Positions 29,093-39,900 of a stretch of DNA of 62,558 nucleotides are shown one piece after another. The DNA comes from Bacillota bacterium. GTDB lineage: Bacteria; Bacillota; Clostridia; TANB77; CAG-508. The translations under genes were made by a program, and so were the position numbers. Positions within the stretch are counted from its first letter, which is position 1; every line of letters starts with the position of its first letter. The stretch spans positions 1 to 62,558 of the forward strand of contig CAWVFT010000020.1 of assembly GCA_963928635.1 (NCBI GenBank), written 5' to 3'. Under the pieces are notes generated by a model. That model ran no database searches. It was given only the letters and a program-made list of their open reading frames with translations, and was not told the DNA's origin.

Positions 29093-30334
29093 ATGAATTC
29101 AAATGAACCATTAGCATATAGAATGAGACCAAAAACATTAGAAGAATATGTTGGACAAGAACATGTTTTAGGAAAAGATAAAATCCTCTATAGAACAATA
29201 AAAGCAGATAGATTATCAAGCATCATATTATTTGGACCTCCTGGATGTGGAAAAACATCACTTGCAAGAGTCATAAGCGAAACTACAAAATACAAATTTT
29301 ACAAAATAAATGCAGTAACAGCAGGAGTAGCAGATATAAAAAGAGTAATAGAAGAAACAAAAAACTTTATGATAAACCCAACAGGGAAAAGCATATTATT
29401 TATAGATGAGATTCATAGATTCAATAAATTACAACAAGACGCATTATTACCATATGTAGAAAATGGAACTATAATATTAATAGGAGCAACAACAGAAAAT
29501 CCATATTTTGAAGTAAATAAAGCTTTAATTTCCAGATCAATGGTAATAAAATTAGAACCTTTAACAGAAGAAAATATATATACAATATTAAAAAATTCAT
29601 TAGAAAGAAAAGACGGACTAGGAGAATATAATATAAAAATAGAAGATAAAACTCTAAGAAAACTTGCAATAATAGCAAATGGAGATGTAAGGACAGCACT
29701 AAATGGTCTAGAAGTAGCAGTGCTAACAACAAATATGGATTCAGATGGATATATTCATATAACAGATGAAATCATAAAAAATAGTGTACAAGATAGAAAA
29801 GCAATATTTGATAAAAACGGAGACTCACATTATGATAATATAAGTGCATTTATAAAATCAATGAGAGGTTCAGACCCAGACGCAGCAGTATTTTATTTAG
29901 CAAGAGCATTAAACGGTGGAGAAGATCCGATGTTTCTAGCAAGAAGAATAGTGATATGTGCATCAGAAGACGTAGGAATGGCAAATCCTAATGCACTAGT
30001 AGTAGCAAATTCTGCAATGCAAGCAGTACATATGGTAGGAATGCCAGAAGCGAGAATATTACTTTCAGAAGCTGCAATATATGTAGCAACATCTAAAAAA
30101 TCAAATGCGTCATACTTAGCCATTGATAAAGCATTACAAGATGTTAAAACAAAAGATACAGGAGAAATACCAATGCATATAAGAAATGCACCTGTAGAAC
30201 AAATGAAAGCATTAGGATATCATGAAGGATATCTATACCCACACGATTTTCCAGGACATTATGTAGAACAACAATATTTGCCAGATAAAATGCTTGGAAC
30301 AAAATATTATATAAAAGATGAAAATATTCCATAA
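29093..30334 (+). CDS. rarA: replication-associated recombination protein A (MgsA/RarA)
   Basis: 'PLAYRMRPKTLEEYVGQEHVLG', Walker A 'GPPGCGKTS', 'FIDEIHRFNK', 'GATTENPYFEV', C-terminal MgsA domain. SD GAGAGGTG precedes 29093. An ATG at 29075 overlaps the ruvA stop (ATGA). Confidence 0.9.
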   Translation: MNSNEPLAYRMRPKTLEEYVGQEHVLGKDKILYRTIKADRLSSIILFGPPGCGKTSLARVISETTKYKFYKINAVTAGVADIKRVIEETKNFMINPTGKSILFIDEIHRFNKLQQDALLPYVENGTIILIGATTENPYFEVNKALISRSMVIKLEPLTEENIYTILKNSLERKDGLGEYNIKIEDKTLRKLAIIANGDVRTALNGLEVAVLTTNMDSDGYIHITDEIIKNSVQDRKAIFDKNGDSHYDNISAFIKSMRGSDPDAAVFYLARALNGGEDPMFLARRIVICASEDVGMANPNALVVANSAMQAVHMVGMPEARILLSEAAIYVATSKKSNASYLAIDKALQDVKTKDTGEIPMHIRNAPVEQMKALGYHEGYLYPHDFPGHYVEQQYLPDKMLGTKYYIKDENIP

Positions 30335-30435
30335 AATTCAATTAGACTTTTATGATATTAGCTTAAACGAAAAACTTGGGAAATTATTAATATTAAAGCA
30401 AAATAAAATTAAATACATATAATTTTAAAAATTGG

Positions 30436-30463
30436 AAAACCTACTAAAGAAAAGTAGGTTTTT
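30436..30463 (+). terminator. rho-independent terminator after rarA
   Basis: aaacctact-aaagaaa-agtaggttt followed by TT. Abuts the start of the first TSUP gene. Confidence 0.6.
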
Positions 30464-30466
30464 AAT

Positions 30467-30826
30467 ATGTATATGTGGAAAAATTTAAAATATTCATTAA
30501 TAGGAATCTTAGCAGGAATAATAACAGGGCTATTTTCAACTGGTGGAGGGTTAATATTAGTACCAGCATTCATGTACATTTTGAGAAAAGAATCAAAAAA
30601 AGCGAGAGGAACATCAGTTTTTTGCATACTATTTATGGCAATAACAAGCAGTTTCTTCTACTATAAAGGACATTATATAGACTGGAATATAGCAATATTA
30701 TGTGCAATAGGAGGAGCAATAGGAGGCTACATAGGAGCAAAATTATTAAAAAAACTACCAGAAAAAACCATGAAAATATTTTTTACAATATTTTTGGCAT
30801 ATGTAGCAATTAGAATGTTAATTTAA
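30467..30826 (+). CDS. half-size TSUP (TauE/SafE, DUF81) membrane protein
   Basis: 119 aa, about 4 TM. 'GLFSTGGGLILVP' motif. The stop codon lies in the terminal repeat of a 209-bp palindrome. Confidence 0.65.
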   Translation: MYMWKNLKYSLIGILAGIITGLFSTGGGLILVPAFMYILRKESKKARGTSVFCILFMAITSSFFYYKGHYIDWNIAILCAIGGAIGGYIGAKLLKKLPEKTMKIFFTIFLAYVAIRMLI

Positions 30827-31030
30827 ATATAACCGTTCAATAATTTGTCAATTTTAATAGCGCGAGAATGTAATATTTATTAATTTTGGAGAGAAGTGGG
30901 GACCGTTCAAAAATTCTCAAAAGTTTGAAAAACTTTTGTTAGAATTTTTAGAATGGGGAGAACGGAAAAATTAATAAATATTACATTCGGGAGCGATTTT
31001 ATTTGAAATATATTGAACGGTTATATTTAA
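30822..31030. repeat. 209-bp imperfect palindrome between the two half-size TSUP genes
   Basis: Perfect 21-bp termini 'tttaaatataaccgttcaata' / 'tattgaacggttatatttaaa'. Perfect internal 21-bp arms 'aatgtaatatttattaatttt'. CCGTTC/GAACGG occurs four times. Confidence 0.8.
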
Positions 31031-31054
31031 AAGTTATTTTAAAAAGGTGAAAAA

Positions 31055-31441
31055 ATGTTACAAATTTTTATAGGAATAATTTCAGGAATAGTAAGTGGAA
31101 TGGGAATGGGAGGAGGAACAATATTAATATTTCTCCTAATATTTATATGTAACATTGAGCAACATATAGCACAAGCAACAAATCTAATATTTTTTATACC
31201 AACATCAATAATAGCAATAATAGTAAATATAAAAAATAAAAACATTGATTTAAAATTAGGAATATACACAGCGATATTCGGGATATTAGGAGCCATAATA
31301 GGAGCAAATATTGCAATATACACAGATGTGGACAAATTAAGAAAACTATTTGGCATCTTTTTAATAGCAATAGTGTTACATGAAATATATTCCATATATA
31401 AAGGGTATAAAAAAGAAAAAATTGAAAAAAATAAAAAATAA
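31055..31441 (+). CDS. half-size TSUP (TauE/SafE, DUF81) membrane protein
   Basis: 128 aa, about 4 TM. 'GMGMGGGTILIFLL' motif. Own SD AAAAGGTGA. Confidence 0.65.
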   Translation: MLQIFIGIISGIVSGMGMGGGTILIFLLIFICNIEQHIAQATNLIFFIPTSIIAIIVNIKNKNIDLKLGIYTAIFGILGAIIGANIAIYTDVDKLRKLFGIFLIAIVLHEIYSIYKGYKKEKIEKNKK

Positions 31442-31460
31442 AAAGAAAGGATGGGATAAT

Positions 31461-31607
31461 ATGAAATTTGCAAAAGGATTAATTTTAGGTGGATTAATAA
31501 CAACAGGAGTTTTAATGATGTATAATGAAAAAGATATGATAAAAAACGGAAAAAAGAAAATGATGAAAAAAGGAAAACAATTTGCAAGAAAAATGGGAAT
31601 AATTTAG
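31461..31607 (+). CDS. small membrane protein (48 aa), basic C-terminus
   Basis: SD AAAGGATGGG is 7 nt before the ATG. One TM segment 'GLILGGLITTGVLMM'. Terminator follows. Confidence 0.4.
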   Translation: MKFAKGLILGGLITTGVLMMYNEKDMIKNGKKKMMKKGKQFARKMGII

Positions 31608-31640
31608 AAGAAGGTATAAACTAATATACCTTCTTATTTT
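31608..31640 (+). terminator. rho-independent terminator (convergent gene pair)
   Basis: aagaaggtata-aactaa-tataccttctt followed by atttt. Confidence 0.6.
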
Positions 31641-31645
31641 AAACT

Positions 31646-32110
31646 TTATTTTTGGCAATGCTTTTCTTCACAAGGTTTATCATCATGACAGTTATCTTCA
31701 TGAGGCTTATCAGTTAAAAAACAATCACATTCTTCATGTCTTTCTCCCTTCAAGCATTTACCTTCATGATGGCATTTAGCACAGATCTTAATTTTTTCTG
31801 TATCATTTACCCAAATTTGAATAGCATATTTTTTACCAGGGCAAAGAGGACCAAAAACAAATTCTCCCTCTTTATCTGTAAAAGTATGCCCAATTGGTAA
31901 TCTCTCTTCTTTACCACAGTCGCAAACTATTTCTACTAATTTAACAACAGCATTACATACAGGTTCTTTAAAACAATTTTTAACAACTCCATATATTACA
32001 TCTCTGTTATCTTCTGGTAAAGTTATATCTAAGTCAAATTGTTTACCTCCTGATATAACACCATCTATATCCAAAATAGGACAAATTGGTTTATTACAAT
32101 TCATATCCAT
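31646..32110 (-). CDS. Cys/His-rich protein with a carboxypeptidase-regulatory-like (prealbumin-fold) core
   Basis: Start placed at 'MDMNCNKP', preceded by SD AAAGGAAG. 'TDKEGEFVFGPLCPGKKYAIQIW' is CarboxypepD_reg-like. About 15 Cys and many His, concentrated in the C-terminal tail. Confidence 0.55.
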   Translation of the reverse strand: MDMNCNKPICPILDIDGVISGGKQFDLDITLPEDNRDVIYGVVKNCFKEPVCNAVVKLVEIVCDCGKEERLPIGHTFTDKEGEFVFGPLCPGKKYAIQIWVNDTEKIKICAKCHHEGKCLKGERHEECDCFLTDKPHEDNCHDDKPCEEKHCQK

Positions 32111-32240
32111 AAAATTACTTCCTTTCTTGTAAACATATTTTAGTTTACTTAATATATAATATGTAAAATAAGAAAAAAAGCTACTTGCTAAAGCAAACTT
32201 AATATGGTAGGATAAAGAAAAATAATAGGAGGTAATTAGT

Positions 32241-32870
32241 ATGAATGTACAGCTACCAAAAAAATTTTCATTATTACCCATTGCAGAAGTAAACAATGGA
32301 ACACTTTTTATTTACCAATTAACGCGGTTTGAAGACTTAATGTATGAATTAACATATGCATGTAAAAAAAGAAGATGTATATATTGCGGAAAAAAATTAA
32401 ACAAACGGAACAGTACATTAGATCACAGATATCCAAGAGATACAGGAGGAATAAGCATTACAAATAATCTATATCCTTGTTGCCCAAGATGTAATTCAAA
32501 TAAAGGTAATTTAACACATGAAGAATACTTAAGAATGCGGAAATTGCCAAGAAAAGAAAGAAAAAAATATATAAAAATATTAATAAAGTATAAGGAAAAA
32601 ATATTTAAAAAAATAGGGTTTAAATTACCTAATAAATGGATTACTCATGAGGACATAAGGAACATAGAATATAAAAGGGAGCAAGCATTAAGAGGTAAAA
32701 AATATCACAGAATAATAGAATTTTATAGTAAATACAAAAAATTGCCACGTCCTGCAATAATTGACAAAAATAATAAATTATTAGATGGGTATAATATTAT
32801 TATTTTTGCAAATGACTTTGGTATAAAAAATATAGCCGTAATAAAACTTGATAATGTAATAATGAAATAA
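32241..32870 (+). CDS. HNH endonuclease fused to a ParB/Srx-like C-terminal region
   Basis: 209 aa. HNH 'CIYCGKKL..LDHRYP..NNLYPCCPRCNSNKG'. C-terminus 'PAIIDKNNKLLDGYNIIIFANDFGIKNIAV' resembles the ParB N-terminal domain. Confidence 0.6.
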   Translation: MNVQLPKKFSLLPIAEVNNGTLFIYQLTRFEDLMYELTYACKKRRCIYCGKKLNKRNSTLDHRYPRDTGGISITNNLYPCCPRCNSNKGNLTHEEYLRMRKLPRKERKKYIKILIKYKEKIFKKIGFKLPNKWITHEDIRNIEYKREQALRGKKYHRIIEFYSKYKKLPRPAIIDKNNKLLDGYNIIIFANDFGIKNIAVIKLDNVIMK

Positions 32871-32897
32871 AAAGGAGTTGAATCAACTCCTTTTAAA
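32871..32897 (+). terminator. rho-independent terminator after the HNH gene
   Basis: aaaggagttg-aat-caactccttt followed by TTAAAAAT. Confidence 0.6.
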
Positions 32898-32899
32898 AA

Positions 32900-32930
32900 T
32901 GGTTAAATAGGACCTGTCCCCAATGAACCA
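32900..32930 (-). repeat. family-2 half element
   Basis: The reverse complement contains 'tggttcattggggacaggtc', an exact 20-mer match to 42979-42998. Confidence 0.75.
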
Positions 32931-32950
32931 AAAAAAAAATCATAAAATAA

Positions 32951-32980
32951 TTGACTTCTAAATTTTTAATATAGTATAAT
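32951..32980 (+). promoter_or_regulatory. sigma-A-type promoter upstream of 32999..33817
   Basis: TTGACT, 18 nt, TATAAT. Confidence 0.45.
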
Positions 32981-32998
32981 AAAATGGGAGGGAATAAT

Positions 32999-33817
32999 AT
33001 GGGACAAACAACAGATGAAATTAGAAGAAAAAGACAAGAATTAGCAAATAGAAAAGGAACAGAAATAAGAAATTTAAGTAAAAAAGAAAAAAGAAAAACC
33101 AGTCAAAAGGTAATAAGAAAGAAAAGAAAAGAAAAATTTATTAGAGGAATTTTCTTAGCATTAGGTATAACAATAGGAGCAGGAGGGCATGCTTTATTAA
33201 CAGCAGGAAATAATAAAGAACAAGAAACTAAAGAAACAGTAACTACAGAAAATACAGCAAGAGAAGAATTTATTAATGGATTATCTGTTACTAATACACC
33301 AGAAGTTGCACAGAATCAAGAAAAAGAAGATATATATCAAACAATTGTAAATGAATACAATAAACAATATCCAGATGATCAAATTAGTATAAACGATTTA
33401 GGTATATTATCTAGTAGCCCTACAGGACAAATTTATGAAAGTGAAGGACAATATATACAAGATTATGATTTAGATAGAGAAGTTTATCCAGATGCTAAAC
33501 TAGTTGAGGATGATTATATAGATGAATATTTAATAATAGATAAAAGTAATAATGATATAATTTTAGCGATGGCATATATTAGAGGCAATGAAATGAATAA
33601 TAGCCAAGCAGAATACATCGACGTAGAAAAATATATTGTAAATAGTGATAGTGGTCAAAAAATATATATGGGAAAACAAATCACATTAGGGGAGACACAA
33701 GAAGAAAAAGAAGAATTATTTGAAAATTTAGAAAATAAATATCAAGAAGTTGTAAAAGCACAAGAAGAAGCTAAAGTAAATAAGAGATTAGAAGATTTAG
33801 GAATAGATGATAGATAG
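32999..33817 (+). CDS. membrane-anchored protein: basic cytoplasmic N-terminus, acidic extracytoplasmic domain
   Basis: SD GGGAGGGA before the ATG at 32999. TM 'GIFLALGITIGAGGHALL'. No family recognised. Confidence 0.5.
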   Translation: MGQTTDEIRRKRQELANRKGTEIRNLSKKEKRKTSQKVIRKKRKEKFIRGIFLALGITIGAGGHALLTAGNNKEQETKETVTTENTAREEFINGLSVTNTPEVAQNQEKEDIYQTIVNEYNKQYPDDQISINDLGILSSSPTGQIYESEGQYIQDYDLDREVYPDAKLVEDDYIDEYLIIDKSNNDIILAMAYIRGNEMNNSQAEYIDVEKYIVNSDSGQKIYMGKQITLGETQEEKEELFENLENKYQEVVKAQEEAKVNKRLEDLGIDDR

Positions 33818-33917
33818 AATTAAAAATATGGGATAAATATACACTTCAAAAATGTATAAACTTTCCACTTTTTGCAAACAATATGTGTAAAACATAATTG
33901 CAAGGAGTGGAAATTTT

Positions 33918-36900
33918 TTGAAAGAAAATAGAAGATTAAACATAAATGGAACAATGCTTGAAAAAAGCCAATTAGATAAATATCTAGAAAAAATAGCAGC
34001 AAGCCATAACATATGTACAAAATCAGACAAAACAACATATCCAATTCCAGGTTTGTTAGAAGATTTCGAATTCATAAAAGAAGTATATGACCTATTAAAC
34101 CAACACTTAAAATTAGAAATAACCATACATCCAGCAGGAGAATGGCTATTAGATAATCTATATATAATAGAAGAAGCAGTAAAGCAAATAAAAAACGAAT
34201 TAACACTAAAAAAATACACAAACTTTGTAGGAATAGCAAATGGAGAATATAAAGGATTTGCAAGAATATATGTATTAGCATCAGAAATAGTAGCATATAC
34301 AGACAATAAAATAGAAAAAGAAAACCTAGAAGAATATCTAAAAAGCTATCAATCAAAAAAAGAACTAAGTATGGACGAAATATGGAATATAGGGATATTT
34401 CTACAAATAGCAATAATACAAAATATAAGGAAAGTATGTGAAAAAATAGCAGCAAGCCAAATAGAAAAGTATAAAGTTGAAAATATAGCAGAAAGGCTAA
34501 TAGAAAATAAAAACAAAAATGATTTAATATACAAAAATAATATAAGTTTAAAAAACAAAAAAATAATATTCCAAGATATGAAATATCCATTTATAGAATA
34601 TATGTCATACACATTAAAAAAATATGGAAAAAAAGGGATAGGATATTTAAACGTATTAGAAGAAACAGTAGAAAAATTAGGAACAACAGTATCAGAAGTA
34701 ATCCAAAAAGAACATTTTGATATAGCAGTACAAAAAGTACTTATAGGAAACAGTATCACAAGCATAAAAAATATACAAAGAATAAACTTTTTAGAAATAT
34801 TTGAAAAGATAAATGGAGTAGAAGATATATTAAAACAAGATCCAGCAGGGGTATATCCAATAATGGAGTACAAAACAAAAGAATATTATAGAAATAAAAT
34901 AAAAGAAATATCAAACAAAACCAAAATTTCAGAAATATATATAGCAAGAAAAACGTTAGAAATTTGTAGAGAAAAGCAAGAAAAACAAAAAGAAACACAT
35001 ATAGGATATTACTTAATAGATAAAGGAATAAATGAACTTTATGAAAAATTGGAATATAAAACCAGAAAACAAATAGAAGAAAAAACAAAAACAAAAATAT
35101 ATATATCATTAATATTAGTATTATCAGTAATATTGTCAGCAATATTAGCCACAATAATTAATTCAAAAATAAACAACATAGTAATTTTTATTCTTAGCTT
35201 CATCATATTTTTCATACCAACAACAGAAATCACAATACAAATAATCCAATATATTTTAAGCAAAATAGTAAAGCCAAAACTAATACCTAAAATTGATTTT
35301 TCAAATGGAATAGATAAAGAAAATAGTACAATGGTAATAATTCCAACAATACTAGACTCCAAAGAAAAAGTGAAAGAACTAATGGAAAAATTAGAAGTAT
35401 ATTATATAGCCAATAAATCTCCTAATATATACTTTACTCTACTAGGAGACTGCACAGAAAGTATAAAAAAGGAAGAAGATTTTGACAAAGAGGTAATTGA
35501 AGAAGGACTAAAACAAACCGAAAAATTAAATAAAAAATATAGTAAAGAAAATGAAAACAAAAATCTAAAACTATTTAACTTTATATACCGAAAAAGAGAA
35601 TGGAATGATAAAGAAGGAAGTTATCTTGGTTGGGAAAGAAAAAGAGGAATGATAAACCAATTTAACAGATATATTTTAGGAAAAATATCAAATCCATTTT
35701 TAGAAAACACAATAGAAAGATATGGAAAAGAAAATATAAAATATATAATAACATTAGATGCAGATACAGATCTAATACTAAATTCAGCAGAAAAACTAGT
35801 AGGAGCAATGGCACATATTTTAAATAAGCCAGTTATAGATGAAGAAAAAAATATAGTAGTAGATGGATATGGAATAATGCAACCAAGAATAGGAATCAAT
35901 TTAGATTTATGCTATAAAAATCTATTTACAAAAATATTTGCAGGAGATGGAGGAATAGACTGTTACACAAATGCAATATCTGATATATATCAAGACAATT
36001 TCAAAGAAGGAATTTTCACAGGTAAAGGAATATATGACTTAAAGGTATTTGAAAAAGTCCTAGAAAAAGAAATACCAGAAAACACAGTATTAAGCCATGA
36101 TTTACTAGAAGGATGTTACCTAAGATGTGGACTAGTATCAGATGTAATGTTAATGGATGGGTATCCAACAAAATATAACAGCTTTATGAATAGACTATCT
36201 AGGTGGATTAGAGGAGACTGGCAAATAATAAAATGGCTAAAAAACAAAAAGCTAAATTTATTATCAAAATATAAAATATTTGATAATTTGAGAAGAAGCT
36301 TAGTGGAAATTTCGCTTATAATTTCTTTAATATATTTATCAATAATTTCAGCTATATATAAAACAAAAGAAACAGGAATATTTGTAGCAGTTATACTAAT
36401 TTCAATATTACCATTCATATTAGAATTTTTAGATGTTCTAATATTCAAAAAAGAAGGAGAAGAAAAACAAAGAACATTTACGCCCAAAATATCAGGAATA
36501 AAAGGAATAGCCATAAGAGCAACATTAACATTTGGAAACTTACCATATAAAGCATATGTATCATTAAAATCAATATGCAAAACAATATATAGAGTATTAT
36601 TTACACATAAACACTTACTTGAATGGACAACATCAGAAGAAGCAGAAAAACAAGCAAAATCAGACTTGTTTTCATATTATAAGCAGATGTTCATAAATCT
36701 AATATTTGGAGCGATTTCTTTGATTTTAGGAATATATAAAAGAAATATTTTTGTGTTTTTAATAGCAATGATTTGGTTAGTAACACCAGTTATAATGTGT
36801 GAAATAAGCAAAACTAAAGCCAAAAAGCAAAAAATAGAAGAATTAAATAAAAAAGAAAAAGAATATGTAAAAGAAATAGCAAAAAACACATGGGAATATT

Positions 36901-39900
36901 TTGAAAAATATTTAACCAAAGAAAATAATTATCTAATTACAGATAATTATCAAGAAGGAAGATTCCCAGAAATTATACCAAGAACATCATCTACAAATAT
37001 AGGATTATCCCTTTTAGATGTGGTATCTGCATATGATTTAAATTTTATAGAATTAGAAAAATGTTTAGAATATATTGACAACATTATGCTAACAATTGAC
37101 AGTCTACCAAAATGGAATGGACATTTATACAATTGGTACAATATCAAAACAAAAGAACCTTTAAATCCTAAATATATTTCAACAGTTGACAGTGGAAACT
37201 TTGTTGGATATCTATATACCCTAAAAATGTTTTTAAAAGAAATAAAAGAACCAATAATTAATAATTTAAAAGAGATAATTGAGAATAATATAGAAAGAAT
37301 AGACAACATAATAAATAACACAGATTTTTCAATGCTATATGATAAAGAACATCAGCTATTTTCAATTGGATTCAATATAGAAGAAAACAAATTAACAGAT
37401 TCATATTATGATTTATTAGCATCAGAAGCAAGACAAACAAGTTTAGTTGCAGTAGCAAAAAAAGATGTACCAACAAAACATTGGAATTCATTAAGTAGAA
37501 CATTGACAGTGCTTGGAAAATATAAAGGGTTAATTTCATGGTCAGGAACGGCATTTGAATATTTAATGCCAAATATAAATATACCAAAGTATGAAGGAAG
37601 TTTGCTAGATGAATCTTGTGATTTTATGATAATGAATCAAATAGAATATGCTAGAAAACTAAATATTCCATGGGGAATGTCAGAAGCGGCATTTAACCTA
37701 AAAGATTTGCAAGGAAACTACCAGTATAAAGCATTTGGTTTGCCATGGTTAGGATTAAAGCGAGGATTAGCAGATGAAATGGTAGTATCAAGTTATGGAA
37801 CAATTTTAGCAATTCCGGACTATCCAAAAAAAGTAATAGAAAATGTAAAACTAATGGAAAACTATGGAATGAGAGGAAAATATGGGTTATATGAATCTTT
37901 AGACTTTACACCAGAAAGAGTAGAAAAAGGAAAAATTTCAACACCAGTAAAAACATTTATGGCACATCATCAAAGTTTAATATTATTATCAATAGATAAC
38001 CTATTTAATCAAAATATTTTTCAAAAAAGATTTATGGAAAATCCAGAAATGAAAGCAGTAAGTATATTATTACAAGAAAGAATGCCAGAAAAAGCAATAA
38101 TAACAAAAGAAAACAAAGAAAAAATAGAAAAATTGAAATACAAAGATTATGAAGACTATATACAAGAAACATATGACAAAATAGATGAAAGGTTAATAAG
38201 AGGAAATGTAATTTCAAACGAAAAATATGTAATTGCAATGAATCAAAAAGGAAATGGGTTTAGTAAATACAAAGACATATATGTAAATAGATTCAAAAAC
38301 ACATCAGACTATAATCAAGGAATAATCTTAAGTTTTAAAAATATAAAAACAAACAATATTTGGAGTTCAATATATGAAAAATCAAGTAAAGGAAAATATA
38401 AAATCACATTTACTCCAGATAAAATGAAACAAGAAATTTTATCAGAAAATATCAAAACAAAAATAGAAACAATAGTATCTCCAAATGAAGCTGTTGAAAT
38501 AAGAAAAATAACATTAGAAAACCAAGGAAATGCAGAAGAAGTATTAGAAATAACATCATACTTTGAACCAGTATTATCAAAAAAAGAACAAGACTATGCA
38601 CATCCAGCATTTAATAATCTATTTCTAATATTTGCATATGATGAAGAAACAAATAGCTTAATCGTAAAAAGAAAGAAAAGAGAGCTACATGATAAAGAAA
38701 TGTATTTAGGAGCAAACTTATCAACAAATAGTGAAACAATTGGGGATTTAGAATACGAAATAGACGAAGAAAAGTTCATAGGAAGAGGTAACTTTGGAAA
38801 ACCACAAATGGTAGTTAATTCAAATCCATTATCTAAAAAAATAGGGCTTGTCACAGAACCAATAGTTGCATTAAAAAGAACAGTAAAAATAGAGCCGAAT
38901 GAAAAAACAACAATAAATTTAATAATATCAGTTTCAGAAGAAAAAGAAGAAGTATTAAACAATATCAAAAAATATAAAATGGAAGAAAATATAGAAAAAG
39001 CATTTGAACTATCAAAAGCACAAATAGAAGCACACAGCAGATATTTAAGGATAAAAGGAAAAGAAATAAAAGAATATGAAAAAATATTGTCATATATAAT
39101 TTTTAGCAATCCAGCAAAGAAATTAATTTTAGATAAATTACCCAAAAGGACATATTTACAAAGTGATTTATGGAAATATGGAATATCAGGCGATTTGCCA
39201 ATTATATTAGTAAAAATAAAAGATATAAACGATTCATATATAATAGGTGAAGTTTTAAAATGCTATGAATTCATTAAAACTAAACAAATCGAAGTAGAAG
39301 TAGTAATTTTAGATGAAGAGAAATATAGTTATGAAAATTATGTAAGAGAAGAAATAGAAAATATCATATTAAATAAACACATGTCATATCTAAAAAATAT
39401 AAGAGGTGGAATATTTGAGTTAAACAAAAATGAAATGGAAAGAAAAGATAGAGAACATTTAGAAGCTGTATCAACTATAATAATAGAGGCAAATAAAGGT
39501 GGAATTAAAAACAGTATACAAGAAATAGAAGATGAATATTTAGAAAAAACAAAAATAAATGAAATAGATGAAAGAAATCAAATAATACCAAATGATGAAA
39601 CAGAAAGCATGAATATAATTCAAAATAACAAAAACTTAAAATACTATAATGAACTAGGAGCATTTTCACCTGATGGAAAAGAATATTATATCACAGTAAA
39701 TAAAAATAATAGATTACCAATAGTTTGGTCGCAAATCCTTGCAAATGAAAAATTCGGAACATTAGTAACTGAAAGCTTAGGAGGATACACTTGGTATAAA
39801 AACAGTAGATTAAATAGAGTAACATCATGGGAAAATAGACCAACAATGGACCCGCCAAGTGAAAGCATATTCATAAAAGATATTGAAAATAGCAAGACCT

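Noticed and set aside
31646-32296. The full 216-aa ORF as the Cys-rich gene product.
   Set aside because: The N-terminal 62 codons are low-complexity, lack an SD and overlap the start of the divergent HNH gene. A strong SD precedes the internal 'MDMNCNKP' start at 32110.
32241-33817. Prophage or ICE remnant around the HNH/ParB-like gene.
   Set aside because: No integrase, terminase, portal, relaxase or attachment-site repeats are recognisable nearby, so the flanking genes give no mobile-element context.
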